The notes beneath the pieces were generated by a model, which did no database searches, was not told the DNA's origin, and saw only the letters and a list, made by a program, of their open reading frames with translations. This document shows positions 40,601 through 49,845 of a DNA stretch of 64,000 nt, in pieces. Location of the stretch: positions 32,001 through 96,000 of the forward strand of contig CAXXIA010000002.1 in the NCBI GenBank assembly GCA_963666985.2, given 5' to 3'. How positions within the stretch are numbered: the stretch's first letter is position 1; each line of letters begins with the position of its first letter. The position numbers were made by a program, and so were the translations under genes. Source of the stretch: Spirochaetia bacterium (GTDB lineage: Bacteria; Spirochaetota; Spirochaetia; DSM-2461).

Positions 40601-41652
40601 GAAATATATTGCGGCGGATCGTAATCAACTTCCACCGTCGGCGGATTTTCATCCCGAACGCCGAACGGCAGAGTTACGCCGCCCGAAAAAGCCCAAACAC
40701 CGGCATACAGCGGCGCCGCGGCAAGCTGGATATCGATTTCAGTGGTTTGAATGCGGTCCTCGTCGTCGACATTCCCGCCTTTTGAGCCACCGAGAGGGAA
40801 ATGGAGCCCAATCGCCGCCGAAGGAATAATGGTTTCCCAGGAACCGTCGAAAGCGTCCCTCAAATCAAGAGACGAGGAAACCGAGAGTCTTGCGATATCG
40901 CCGAAATACAAATCGCTGGCCACACCGGCCCACAAATCGGTAATCGACGGAGAGCGCACATCGCCCCGGAAGGTCCAGGTAAATTTCTTTGCGTCCGCGA
41001 TATCGAAAGCAATCCCCAATGCGGGTGTGATGTTTCCCGGTATCGCATTAAAGTATCCTCGGCTGGAAGAACCGAACCGGTAGCCGAGTCCCGTAAGGCT
41101 CGCGCCCCATCGGAAGTTTTTCAGTCCGCCGAAGGTATCGGGGAAATGGAGGAATCCGATATTCAGCGCCCCGCCTCCCTGTAATTCTCCGTCGAGGTTT
41201 CCCAAATCACCGACTAATCCGGCGCCGAACCAGACATCCGAATAGATTTCCTTGGAAAAGGCGAACGTAACTCTTCCGGAAGTTCCCAAATCCATGGGCG
41301 TTCCCTCGTAAGCCGATGTGTCGAGGAAACCGAAACCCGTTGTTACGACTCCCACCTTCGTGGGAACGGCCAGTGCGAGATTTATCGCATGTCCCATTCC
41401 GTCGGCATCCGTGCCGAGAGCCTGGAGATTCGAATAATTCACATCGAGAATGATGCGCTGAAATCCGGCGGCCGAAGCCGGATTTAAATAGACTCCCTGG
41501 GGAGTGGATATCCTGGTAAGATGCGCGCCGCCGCCCAAATACTCAGGAGAAACGGTTCTATAAGCCAATTCTCCCGCCGATGGGGCAACCTGAGCGGCTG
41601 CGAACGCGGCAGCAAAGAGGACGAGGAGACAAACGAGGATATGACGTTTCAT
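37618..41652 (-). CDS. Large OmpA-family envelope protein with tandem FlgD-like Ig repeats
   Basis: Signal peptide; beta-rich N-terminal region (YLNPAS.AG); about 7 repeats with FSP.GDG..D and W.WDG...G....DG.Y; C-terminal OmpA domain (VEGHA, LSKSRA, NRRVEF). Confidence 0.9.
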   Translation of the reverse strand: MKRHILVCLLVLFAAAFAAAQVAPSAGELAYRTVSPEYLGGGAHLTRISTPQGVYLNPASAAGFQRIILDVNYSNLQALGTDADGMGHAINLALAVPTKVGVVTTGFGFLDTSAYEGTPMDLGTSGRVTFAFSKEIYSDVWFGAGLVGDLGNLDGELQGGGALNIGFLHFPDTFGGLKNFRWGASLTGLGYRFGSSSRGYFNAIPGNITPALGIAFDIADAKKFTWTFRGDVRSPSITDLWAGVASDLYFGDIARLSVSSSLDLRDAFDGSWETIIPSAAIGLHFPLGGSKGGNVDDEDRIQTTEIDIQLAAAPLYAGVWAFSGGVTLPFGVRDENPPTVEVDYDPPQYISPNYDGIQDELLIPYGVEDERFVTSYEWRIVDSEGSVARTYVNKDERPENETVKNLWSRLVSPMTGTALPESLRWDGVTDAGSMAPDGDYSVYMTFRDDNDNVGKAGPFPVVVDTVDPELTLDSPEGLDLIFSPDADGLKDTFRIEQSGSEEHLWAAAFTDASGVSVREWSWNESAPESFDWDGTAGSGEMVMDGVYGYKLACTDLAGNSSEASIDGIIIDTRQPEVGLSIDKAVFSPGTASPVSAVGLTAMVPVKNGIVDWRLDILNSSGSAVRSWSRRQGPALPEKVEFDGRDDSGRIVPEGEYTGRFHVEYGNGYQPQVISPSFIVDVTPPSAAVNVDYALFSPQGESLRSAVTFSMSTSREDKWNGILKNAAGEEVKRWTWIASVEGDLRWDGRDAAGRLVPDGVYSYVLESTDRAGNSGRSKPVMVEVNTSAVEATLTASHDVFGPTGNRVNDELTLFMEARSDSPISDWKLIMKNSGGSEVRSWDGKGLPPDSVVWNGRAADRNAVPDGPYSAELTVRYEKGDIAKASAGPVTVDTQPPTIELSIADKLFSPDGDGSKDLLPISQSSSKEVSFAAKVVDSAGKTVRTWVWSERLDSFTWDGTDDSGNALSDGDYSYEVSGVDSAGNETQKSIRGIRIDTAPVPVYLTASQGYIKAGETDPEKIQSFTAVVPNKDGIDSWTFSIVDERGRAAVTRSGASSVPEKFTWNGTDVSGSPSEGVFKGVLEVAYHKGARPTAESRSFVSDGSPPEVTVNVTPQPFSPDGDNVDDEAVIGLTVEDRSRIQDWNLVISDPRGKEFISFSGRGRPSERIIWDGRSGRGELVESAEDYPYVLTVTDVLGQSSVKEGEIAVDVLVMREGDRLKILINNITFQPSSPELTLTGEEGEKNKKVLDRLAEIMKKYGSYRIVVEGHAVSLNWADPAAAAREQKDILIPLSKSRAQTVVNELRARGIGANRLTAEGIGGERPIVPHSDLDERWRNRRVEFYLEK

Positions 41653-41867
41653 CTAAGAACCTCCGATTTTTCTAATTGTATATCATGAAAGCGGCGGAAT
41701 CCCCAGAACAGGCATTTTTCGACAATCAAACTTGAACGACTGCTGTAGAGACCGATACTTTTCGGCCGATAAGTAAAGAATGAGAGAACGGAACAACGGA
41801 ACGTCGGTCTCCTCATAATTACAGCCGGATACAATTATATGATAAATGCCGTGAGCGGAGCCAACCT

Positions 41868-44003
41868 ATGAAAATCAATTTGAAACTCTTTTTAATTGAG
41901 ATTTTCTTAAGCGTGATTTTTTTTCTCACCGTGCTTTTCTCCATCACCTCTTTCATGAAATACATCGCTGTTGAAAATCTGAGAATTAAAATCGCAACAT
42001 TGGAGGACTCCGCGGCTCGGCTGCGGTTCTCCATTACCGAAATGACAACCACCGCACAGAGTTCCTCTTATCTCGTGCTGGAACACAACCTGTACATGAC
42101 GGAGATGGCGAACAACATCGATCAAATCGAAGAAGATAAGATTTTCGCGAAACTTTCTCAAGCTACGAAAGATTCGATTTCCAACGTCCGTGATAATTTC
42201 GAAAAGCTCGGAACGTTTCTTCCCGAAAAGGAAATGACCTCCCTCCTTGAACTCCGGTCCGTTTCGCCTTATCCCGATGAGCTCTCCCTTTCCGCGTTAA
42301 CCATACTTCTCAGGGAAACATCGGGGAGTAGCGAAGACTCCGTCACGGCATTGGAAGAGGCCATGCAAAGCTTCTGGAAATACAGTCAGAGATCCCAGTT
42401 CTTTGAAAAACTTCAAAGTCAGGCTTTGAGCATCATGCACGATGACATCGCGCATTACCAATCCAGTTTCTTTGCCCAGGCGATCATCATTCCGCTGATT
42501 ATTCTGGGCGTATCTCTCGTCGGCATCATTTTATTCGGCAACTTCCTCAGCCGACGGCTGAAAATACTGGATACCGCGCTGATTGAGGTTGCCGGCGGCA
42601 ACTTCGATATTCGCGTTGAAATGAACAGTAAAGATGAATTCAATTCCCTGGCGTCGAGCATCAATGCGTTCACGCGAACCCTGGGCGCCAAACTTGAATC
42701 TTTCCAGCTCATCATGCACGACATAGGTCAAACGCTGGAATCAAGCGTCGATTCCACCCAGGTGGAAGAAACCATCCTTAAACTGACGACTCGGGATTCC
42801 ATCGCGGACGGCGCGGCGCTCTATAAAGTCGGCGGCGAATCGGGGGAACTCGTTCTCTCGATGATTCACGGATCATTCCGTCCTCCCTTTATCATCACGG
42901 ACCTGCCCGAGTCTCCCGGCGAAGAAGACATCGAAGCCATCTTACGATCAAGAATTATCCAGCCGGGGGTAACGATTCTCGGCGAATCCGCCGTTAAAGG
43001 TCTGCCGATTCTCATCCGCGATGTTGAAAATGAACAAGAACTGGAATGGAAACGGCCTCTCGGAGACAGCCTCTATCTTTCATCCATTATCGTCGTGCCC
43101 CTCCAGGTCGGATCAACGGTTTCCGGAGTTCTCGCCATCACCTCCTCCAATCCGGAGCGGCATTTCAGCGACCTGGAATTCGCCAACATGCAGTCCTTCG
43201 CCGAACTTGCCGCCATTACAATGGACAACATCTATAAATACGCCGACCTCCTGGAGGCCACTCAGCTGAACAGAGAGCTGGGCATAGCCGAGGAAATCCA
43301 GCAGGATCTTCTGCCCAAGAGACTCCCCAGAATACAGGGAGGAAGCGCCGCGTATCTTTCAAGGAGCATTAAAGGACTCAACGGAGACTATTTCGACGTC
43401 TATCCCCTGGGCGGCGGGAAAACGATGATTACAATCTGCGAAGTGGCCGGACGCGGAGTTCCCGCCGGTCTGGTCATGGTTATGATTCGGACAATTCTCC
43501 GTCTTGTAACAACCTCCGACAAAGACGCGAAAACCATCATGACTCTTTTGAACCGGGATATGACCCGCCGTATCGCCATTGAGAATTACGCCAGCGTCGG
43601 AATCCTGATCATTGACTCGCAAGGCCGATTCACCTTCTCGTCGGCGGCCCACTACCCCCTGCAGATTCATCGAAACGCGACATCAACGTATGAAGCCGTT
43701 CAAACGGAGGGCATCCCGGTGGGCATCGATAAGGCCGCCGAATACCGGCAGGCCGAAGGCAGCCTTCATCCGAACGACATCGTTATCTTTCATACGGACG
43801 GGATTCCCGAATCCCGAAACAGAAACGGTACGGCTTTCGGAATTGACAGCCTGCTTGAAATCATAAGCACACAGTCTTCCAAGGAACCCGAAGACATCAT
43901 CGAAACCTTAAGGGGCGAATTGGAGTTTTTCGAAAGGGGCACCGAGCAGAAAGACGATCAGACGGTCATTATTCTGAAATTCAAAGGGGAGAGCGCCGCA
44001 TGA
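41868..44003 (+). CDS. Membrane sensor-HAMP-GAF-PP2C (SpoIIE/RsbU) phosphatase, paralog 1
   Basis: Two TMs, HAMP, GAF, EIQQDLLP, GDYFD, CEVAGRG, HTDG and DDQT. Confidence 0.92.
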   Translation: MKINLKLFLIEIFLSVIFFLTVLFSITSFMKYIAVENLRIKIATLEDSAARLRFSITEMTTTAQSSSYLVLEHNLYMTEMANNIDQIEEDKIFAKLSQATKDSISNVRDNFEKLGTFLPEKEMTSLLELRSVSPYPDELSLSALTILLRETSGSSEDSVTALEEAMQSFWKYSQRSQFFEKLQSQALSIMHDDIAHYQSSFFAQAIIIPLIILGVSLVGIILFGNFLSRRLKILDTALIEVAGGNFDIRVEMNSKDEFNSLASSINAFTRTLGAKLESFQLIMHDIGQTLESSVDSTQVEETILKLTTRDSIADGAALYKVGGESGELVLSMIHGSFRPPFIITDLPESPGEEDIEAILRSRIIQPGVTILGESAVKGLPILIRDVENEQELEWKRPLGDSLYLSSIIVVPLQVGSTVSGVLAITSSNPERHFSDLEFANMQSFAELAAITMDNIYKYADLLEATQLNRELGIAEEIQQDLLPKRLPRIQGGSAAYLSRSIKGLNGDYFDVYPLGGGKTMITICEVAGRGVPAGLVMVMIRTILRLVTTSDKDAKTIMTLLNRDMTRRIAIENYASVGILIIDSQGRFTFSSAAHYPLQIHRNATSTYEAVQTEGIPVGIDKAAEYRQAEGSLHPNDIVIFHTDGIPESRNRNGTAFGIDSLLEIISTQSSKEPEDIIETLRGELEFFERGTEQKDDQTVIILKFKGESAA

Positions 44004-46117
44004 GAATCCGTACGAAATTCACCCTGCTTCAGCTCTTCATCGTCACGGGCTTTTTGGGCTCCATGGCATTCATATCGATCCGTTTCCCGCAAGCTTATCA
44101 TTTAAAACAGCTGGAACTGCAGAGTGTTGAGCTGTCGACGGAGTTGACGGCTTTTGAAAAGAAAACATCTCTTTTCGCAGGCAGACCGATGACGCTCAGC
44201 CTTCTGTGGAGCGACTGGATGACGACTTACCAGCGCGTCGATCATTTATACATCCAGACGCTCAACAATCCGTACAACCGATTTCTGGGGAAAACGGCCG
44301 TAATGAGGGCGCAAGCCCGCCTGGAGGCCTGGGACACAATAAAAACATCGGAAATAAAGCCTCTGATAGAATCATTCGAATCCCTTCTCAAGGAAGAGGT
44401 CACCCTCTTCGCCGACGATATGGGAATCAAGACCTCCCGCAGGCTTATCGAAATCGCCGAAGGCGGTTCCACTGAGGATTCCGAGAAGCTTGCCGAATTG
44501 GAAAACCGATTTCGAAATCTTCGGGAATCTCTTGTTTCCAGTATCTTGATGCCGACCGAATCCTTCATTTCCGACCTTCAAGTTCGGGTGGCGCAAGTAA
44601 CAGACCCTCTCGTTTTTACGGCTATTATCATCGCCGTCATCATCCAAACAGGCGGTGCGTTCTTCAGTCTCCGATTCTCAAAACGATTCAGCCGAAACAT
44701 CATCTTAATGGAACGGAATCTCGCCCGGGTTGCACACGGCAATTTCGATGTGAACCTTGAAATCCAATCCGGAGATGAATTCGAACAAATTTCCCGGCAC
44801 TTCAACCTCCTGGCGAACGATCTCTGGACGCGGCTCGATTCCATGAAGGATATGATGCGCGACATCGGAACGTCCGCCGGGGAAACCACGGACATGGATC
44901 AGCTCGAAGAATTCATGCTGGAGCTGGCCATCGACAATACCGGCGCCGATGCGGGAATGCTTATGGATGTCGTGGACGGCATGCTGGTTCCGAATAAGAG
45001 TCAAGGTTATTTCCCGCCGCCCATGTCGCTTCCGCCCATGGTTACCAGCAAACGGGAATATGTTACCGAGTGGTTCAAATCCCATAAAATCGCTCCGGGG
45101 GAAGGTCTCCTCGGACAAATCATGACATCCGGCGAATCAAAATTCATCAGAAGCAATACCGGAAAGGAACTTCCGGACAACGCGAATCCCGAATCGGATC
45201 TCTTTATCAACTCGGCCATTTTCATCCCCTTAAAAATCTCCGGTATTACCGGCGGCATTCTTGCCTTGGCGCTGATCGATAAGGAGGCCGTCTTCACCGA
45301 TCTGGACTACTCCTACATGCGCTCGTACGGTGAGTTCATCTCGATGACAATGGACAACATGCAGAAATACTTCGAATTGATGCGAAGTCAGCAGATCAAC
45401 AGAGAAATCGAAGTGGCCGCGGATATTCAAAAAACCCTTTTGCCTGAAAAGATGCCGATTATCGCCGGAGCCGAAGTTGCCGCGTTCAGCGATGCGGCCA
45501 AGGGAGTGAGCGGTGATTATTACGACGTATTCTCACTGGGAGACGGAAAAACGGCGCTGATTATCTGTGACGTGGCGGGTAAAGGAGTTCCCGCTTCTCT
45601 GCTGATGATTATGATCCGAACCATCATCCGCTCCATCAGCTCGCCTGAAAAACGATCGGATATAATCCTTTCCGAATTGAATCGGGCCATCTCCGGGCGC
45701 ATGGGTTCCGACCGATTCGCCACAATATCGTTTGCCGTTTTCGATGCGAAAAAAGGCATCGTCTCCTACTCAAACGGCGCCCATCACCCGCTCTATATCC
45801 TCCGCGGGGATTCCGGCCGCTACAGAATGTTCGATACGGACGGATTGCCTCTGGGAATCGATATCAACGCATCGTTCGGTCATAAAATGATTCAGGTGAA
45901 AAAGAACGACTATCTGATTTTCTTCACTGACGGACTGCCCGAAGCGCGCAGTTCCGAAGGCGAAGAGCTTGGAACCGAACGGCTGCTTCGGTATATCGCC
46001 CGCTTCGCGGATCAGACGCCCCGTGAAATGGCCAGGCGGGTTCAGGATTTCATCGATGACTTTACCTCGGGAGTTCAGCACGACGATCAAACGTTTCTGG
46101 CGCTGAAGGTAAGCTGA
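44000..46117 (+). CDS. Membrane sensor-HAMP-GAF-PP2C (SpoIIE/RsbU) phosphatase, paralog 2
   Basis: Same architecture; DIQKTLLP, GDYYD, CDVAGKG, FTDG and DDQT; ATGA overlap with paralog 1. Confidence 0.93.
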   Translation: MRIRTKFTLLQLFIVTGFLGSMAFISIRFPQAYHLKQLELQSVELSTELTAFEKKTSLFAGRPMTLSLLWSDWMTTYQRVDHLYIQTLNNPYNRFLGKTAVMRAQARLEAWDTIKTSEIKPLIESFESLLKEEVTLFADDMGIKTSRRLIEIAEGGSTEDSEKLAELENRFRNLRESLVSSILMPTESFISDLQVRVAQVTDPLVFTAIIIAVIIQTGGAFFSLRFSKRFSRNIILMERNLARVAHGNFDVNLEIQSGDEFEQISRHFNLLANDLWTRLDSMKDMMRDIGTSAGETTDMDQLEEFMLELAIDNTGADAGMLMDVVDGMLVPNKSQGYFPPPMSLPPMVTSKREYVTEWFKSHKIAPGEGLLGQIMTSGESKFIRSNTGKELPDNANPESDLFINSAIFIPLKISGITGGILALALIDKEAVFTDLDYSYMRSYGEFISMTMDNMQKYFELMRSQQINREIEVAADIQKTLLPEKMPIIAGAEVAAFSDAAKGVSGDYYDVFSLGDGKTALIICDVAGKGVPASLLMIMIRTIIRSISSPEKRSDIILSELNRAISGRMGSDRFATISFAVFDAKKGIVSYSNGAHHPLYILRGDSGRYRMFDTDGLPLGIDINASFGHKMIQVKKNDYLIFFTDGLPEARSSEGEELGTERLLRYIARFADQTPREMARRVQDFIDDFTSGVQHDDQTFLALKVS

Positions 46118-46125
46118 AAGAACCG

Positions 46126-46216
46126 GTTCGGCGGCGGCGGTGAACAGCGAGCCCAAACAGCTGTTCGGCAACGGCGAATAGCGAGCCCAAAGGCCGAAGC
46201 CCACGGCCGTTCGGCA
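46126..46216. repeat. Imperfect ~34-37 bp tandem repeat in a convergent intergenic region
   Basis: GTTCGGC at 46126, 46163 and 46209; AGCGAGCCCAAA at 46146-46157 and 46180-46191. Confidence 0.6.
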
Positions 46217-46219
46217 TGC

Positions 46220-46929
46220 TTACGTGTTCAAAGTCCTCTCTTCCAATTCTGAAGTCTGCAAATCAAGCCATTGCAGCTCATTGGACGTAAGCCGGATTTG
46301 CAGGGCCGCGGCATTTTCTTCCAGCCGCGCCGATGTTCGGCAGCCGACAATAGGAAACGTGTTTACGTTCTGGTTGAGAAGCCAAGCCAAAGCGATTTGC
46401 GCGGTGCCGTATCCCTTTTTTCCCGCCAGATACTCGACTTTTTTCAGCCGTTCGAAATTTCGGGGATGGCAATAACCCAGTACCGCGGGCCGGTCGAAAA
46501 ACCGTGAAGCCTCCGCCGATTCCGAACTCTTCATTTTCCCCGACAGCAACCCTCGGGCAAGACTCGAATAAGCAAAAACCGACATATTCCGTTCGGCATA
46601 CCATTCCCTGACCTTTTCATTTTCCGCTCCCGAGATGGACAGACAGCCTCCTCCCCAAGGATCTTGAATCTGTTCCGCCATGCATTGGGATGGGCTCCTT
46701 TGGTAATAATCACGACCTTATGGCGTAAGTTTCTCTTTTGAACCCACACTCCGAGGTTTGCTTCCATCATGCCGTATTGAACGGCCGTATCGAATGTATT
46801 AACGCCTTTCTCAAAAATCTCATCCAGCAACTTCTCGGCCGTTTCCGGATTCTCCATTTCCGGAACCGCCGTCCCCATGATTAAACGCGATACGGGTTTT
46901 TCGACATAAGGGATACGGGAATACTCCAT
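46220..46929 (-). pseudogene. Aldo/keto reductase with an internal out-of-frame deletion
   Basis: N-fragment (FDTAVQYG, ITKGAHP) and C-fragment (YSSLARG, AQIALAWLL, PIVG) lie in different frames and join at 46670-46680; the central DLYLLH/GxSN segment is absent. Confidence 0.85.
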
Positions 46930-46934
46930 TGCTT

Positions 46935-48442
46935 TTAGAACCGCTGGCGTGAGGCGGCACCGCTGCGGCCCAAATCCTTGTGAATCTCTTCAAGCGACCG
47001 ATAGAGACGTTCATAAATCTCATGTTTTTCTCTATAAACGGCATGCCGGGCCGCATTCGGTTCAAAACGACGATCCGGATGCACGAACAGATCGGCGGCT
47101 TCTTTCGCCGAGGAAAAAATCCCTGTGGCGATGCCGGCGAGCATGGCGGCGCCGAGAACGCCCGCTTCGGTGATTTGGGGCCGAATGATGGGAATCCCGA
47201 AAATATCGGCTCGAATCTGCAGTGCTGCATCCGATTTGGAACCGCCTCCCGACGCGATGAATTCGGCGGTGTCCATTCCCATGCCGCGAATATCATCCAC
47301 GGCCCGTACGAAATAAAAGGCCGCGGATTCCTGAACGGCTTTCAAGATTTCACCTCGGGTTGTATCCGTTTTCAGACCGACAAGAGCACCCGCCGTACCG
47401 GGGATATGACGCGGCCATTGCGGAGGATCGAAAAGAGGAAGAGCCAAAAGCCGAGTCGGATTCTCCGGCATTTCCGCATCCAGTTCTTCATACGGCGTTT
47501 GGGGCGTCGCGAATGTATCGCGAACCACTTCACCAATAAACCGGCCTGGTTATAAAGAAAGGACACGTAAAGATCCGGAAGAACATGATGTTCGATATTC
47601 AAACCGTGAGAAAGCATCGGAGAAGAATCTTTCGGTTTGCGAAAAATCGGCGTAATGCAGTCATAAGAGCCCATTCCGTAAACGGCCCGATCCGCCGAAA
47701 TACCGCCGCAGCCCAAAGCGTTGCAGCATTGATCATGACCGCCCGCCACGATTACGGCTCCGCGGGGAAGTCCGAGTTCCAAAGACGCTTCTTGAGAGAC
47801 CGATCCGATAACGGTTCCTCCGGGCACGATCGGAGCAAGCTTTTCCCGGGGAATCCCGCTCCATGCCAAAAGCTCGTCCGACCAATCATTGGAATCAAGA
47901 TTGAAGAGCAGGGTTCGATTGGCGTGAGAATTGTTTGTAACGGGTTCGCTTCCCAGCATAAAAGCGACGAAATCCGACCAAAGCAGAAAAAAATCGGCTT
48001 CCCGGTAAACATGAGATCGGTGTTCCTTCAGCCACAGAAGCTTCGGCAGAGAGAAATTCGGACCGGCCGGATTCGGGTTGATTCTAAACAGCTTCTCTTC
48101 ACCGAAATCCTCCAGAAGGCGCCGAACATGTTCCCCGCCTCGGCCGTCGACGCAGAGAATACTGCTGTCCAGAATCCGCCTGCCGCGTGTAACGGGTACG
48201 AATGTTTCACCAAAAGAACTGACGCACAGCGCCGTTACCTTATCGCGTTCCGCATGCGAAACAGCCTCGGTGATAACGTCCTTGGTCTTCGACCAAACCG
48301 CCGAAGTATCGAGTTCGGACCACCCGGCTCTCGGATGGAACATGTTATATTCCCGGTACGATTGAGAAAGGCGGATTCCGTCCGATGAGAAAACCCCGGC
48401 TTTGCACCCCGTCGTGCCGATATCGATTCCCAGAAGACTCAT
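46935..48442 (-). pseudogene. FGGY carbohydrate kinase (xylulokinase-like) split by a 1-nt frameshift
   Basis: N-part GIDIGTTG..GGHDQ..LLVKWF and C-part RDTF..SGGGSKS..GAAMLAG; restoring one base at about 47522 gives WFRDTF and a protein of about 500 aa. Confidence 0.85.
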
Positions 48443-49845
48443 AGAACCGTAAGCTCGTATCCCAAATAATTCACGAAGGCCTCTTGAACGGCAAACGCCA
48501 CGTTTCCGGCCGTAACTCCGACATGGTGCCGATATCCGCTATGCCCGATGAATTCGAGAATATCCTGGAGCTTTTCGATCCGCGCAACGCCGGCGCATCC
48601 GAAAAAATCGTCCGGAATCGGATCCGGCGTGAATTCGCCTTCACCGAGATAACACTGCAATTTTCCGCCGGCGGTTTTAAAGCTGGAAAACGTCATGGGC
48701 GTCGGAGCGATGCGTCCCGTGTTGCAGCCCCAGCCGCACCCCGGTCCCAGCGACTTGGCGAACATGGGGTGGTCGATCACGTGTCCTTTAGCACTCATCA
48801 GCCCCTGAGGGACCGGTCCGCAGTGGAACAGGATGCACTTATCAGCCTCGTCTCCGTAGTTGTTGTTCCAATCAAGACAAGTCGCCGGACGCTGTGAGGC
48901 CAGATGCAGGGCGTACATCGAAACGGCGTTGCAGACATCCAGTTCGCAAGCCGCGACAATGCCCCTCTCATTCAGCTCACTCAGGATAACGCAGGGAGAA
49001 ACGCCCAGTTCCTTCTCGATTTCAATCCAGCAGCGGAACGCCAGGCAGTCCAGACCGTATTCTTCGACAATATCGTCGATAACAACACCGAGCTTCGAGA
49101 GCATTTCGAATTTCCCGTCGGGAACACCGTCCCAATTCGTATATCCTTCCAGTTTCTCGGCTTTGGCTTTGTACTTCTCTCCGGCGCTTTTTACATCCCG
49201 GACACGCCGGAACACTTCGGAAAGATCGAGTGTTTCGGTGGTAATCCCGAAACTCTGAAGCGCCAATTCGTCGAATCGAACCGTTTTGAAGGCCGTCGTC
49301 CTCGCGCCGACGGCGCCCACGGTCATCCGTTTCATCCCGCCGGCGACACGGCAGACCGCCGCAAACCGGCGAATATGTTCCTCGAATAAGGCGTTTTTCG
49401 GCGATACGGTATGCGGCTGAAACGTGGTGAACGGCAGACCGTACTGGCAAAAAACATCCATAATGGAAAACTTTCCGCAAAACGCGTCCCGGCGGTCTTC
49501 GAATCCCATCTTCCCGTATTCATCGGGATAAGCCTGGATTAAAATCGGCACGCCGCAGTCCTTCAAAGCGGCGACGGCGCCGTTTTCATCGCCGAAATTC
49601 GGCAAACAGAGAATCACACCGTCGTAGAGTCCTTCATGTTCTTTGAGAAACCGCGCGTATTTCCGACCTTCCTCGGCCGTTTCAACGGCGCCGAATCGCG
49701 TCATCGACTCATCCGCCGCCAGAGAGCCATATCCGAGACGCTCCAAAACAGCGTGCATTTCAGCTCTTGCCTCGGCGATTAATTTCTCCGGAAAGAAACC
49801 GCGATTTCCGAAATAAAGCGCGAAAGTCAGACCTTTTTGATTCAT
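48439..49845 (-). CDS. L-fucose/L-arabinose isomerase-family protein
   Basis: LPNFGDE, DAFCGK, RCW, ACELD, HCG and YRHHV motifs. Confidence 0.87.
   Translation of the reverse strand: MNQKGLTFALYFGNRGFFPEKLIAEARAEMHAVLERLGYGSLAADESMTRFGAVETAEEGRKYARFLKEHEGLYDGVILCLPNFGDENGAVAALKDCGVPILIQAYPDEYGKMGFEDRRDAFCGKFSIMDVFCQYGLPFTTFQPHTVSPKNALFEEHIRRFAAVCRVAGGMKRMTVGAVGARTTAFKTVRFDELALQSFGITTETLDLSEVFRRVRDVKSAGEKYKAKAEKLEGYTNWDGVPDGKFEMLSKLGVVIDDIVEEYGLDCLAFRCWIEIEKELGVSPCVILSELNERGIVAACELDVCNAVSMYALHLASQRPATCLDWNNNYGDEADKCILFHCGPVPQGLMSAKGHVIDHPMFAKSLGPGCGWGCNTGRIAPTPMTFSSFKTAGGKLQCYLGEGEFTPDPIPDDFFGCAGVARIEKLQDILEFIGHSGYRHHVGVTAGNVAFAVQEAFVNYLGYELTVL

Noticed and set aside
47514..47530. Programmed -1 frameshift in the FGGY kinase
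   Set aside because: No slippery heptamer; a mutation or sequencing error is simpler
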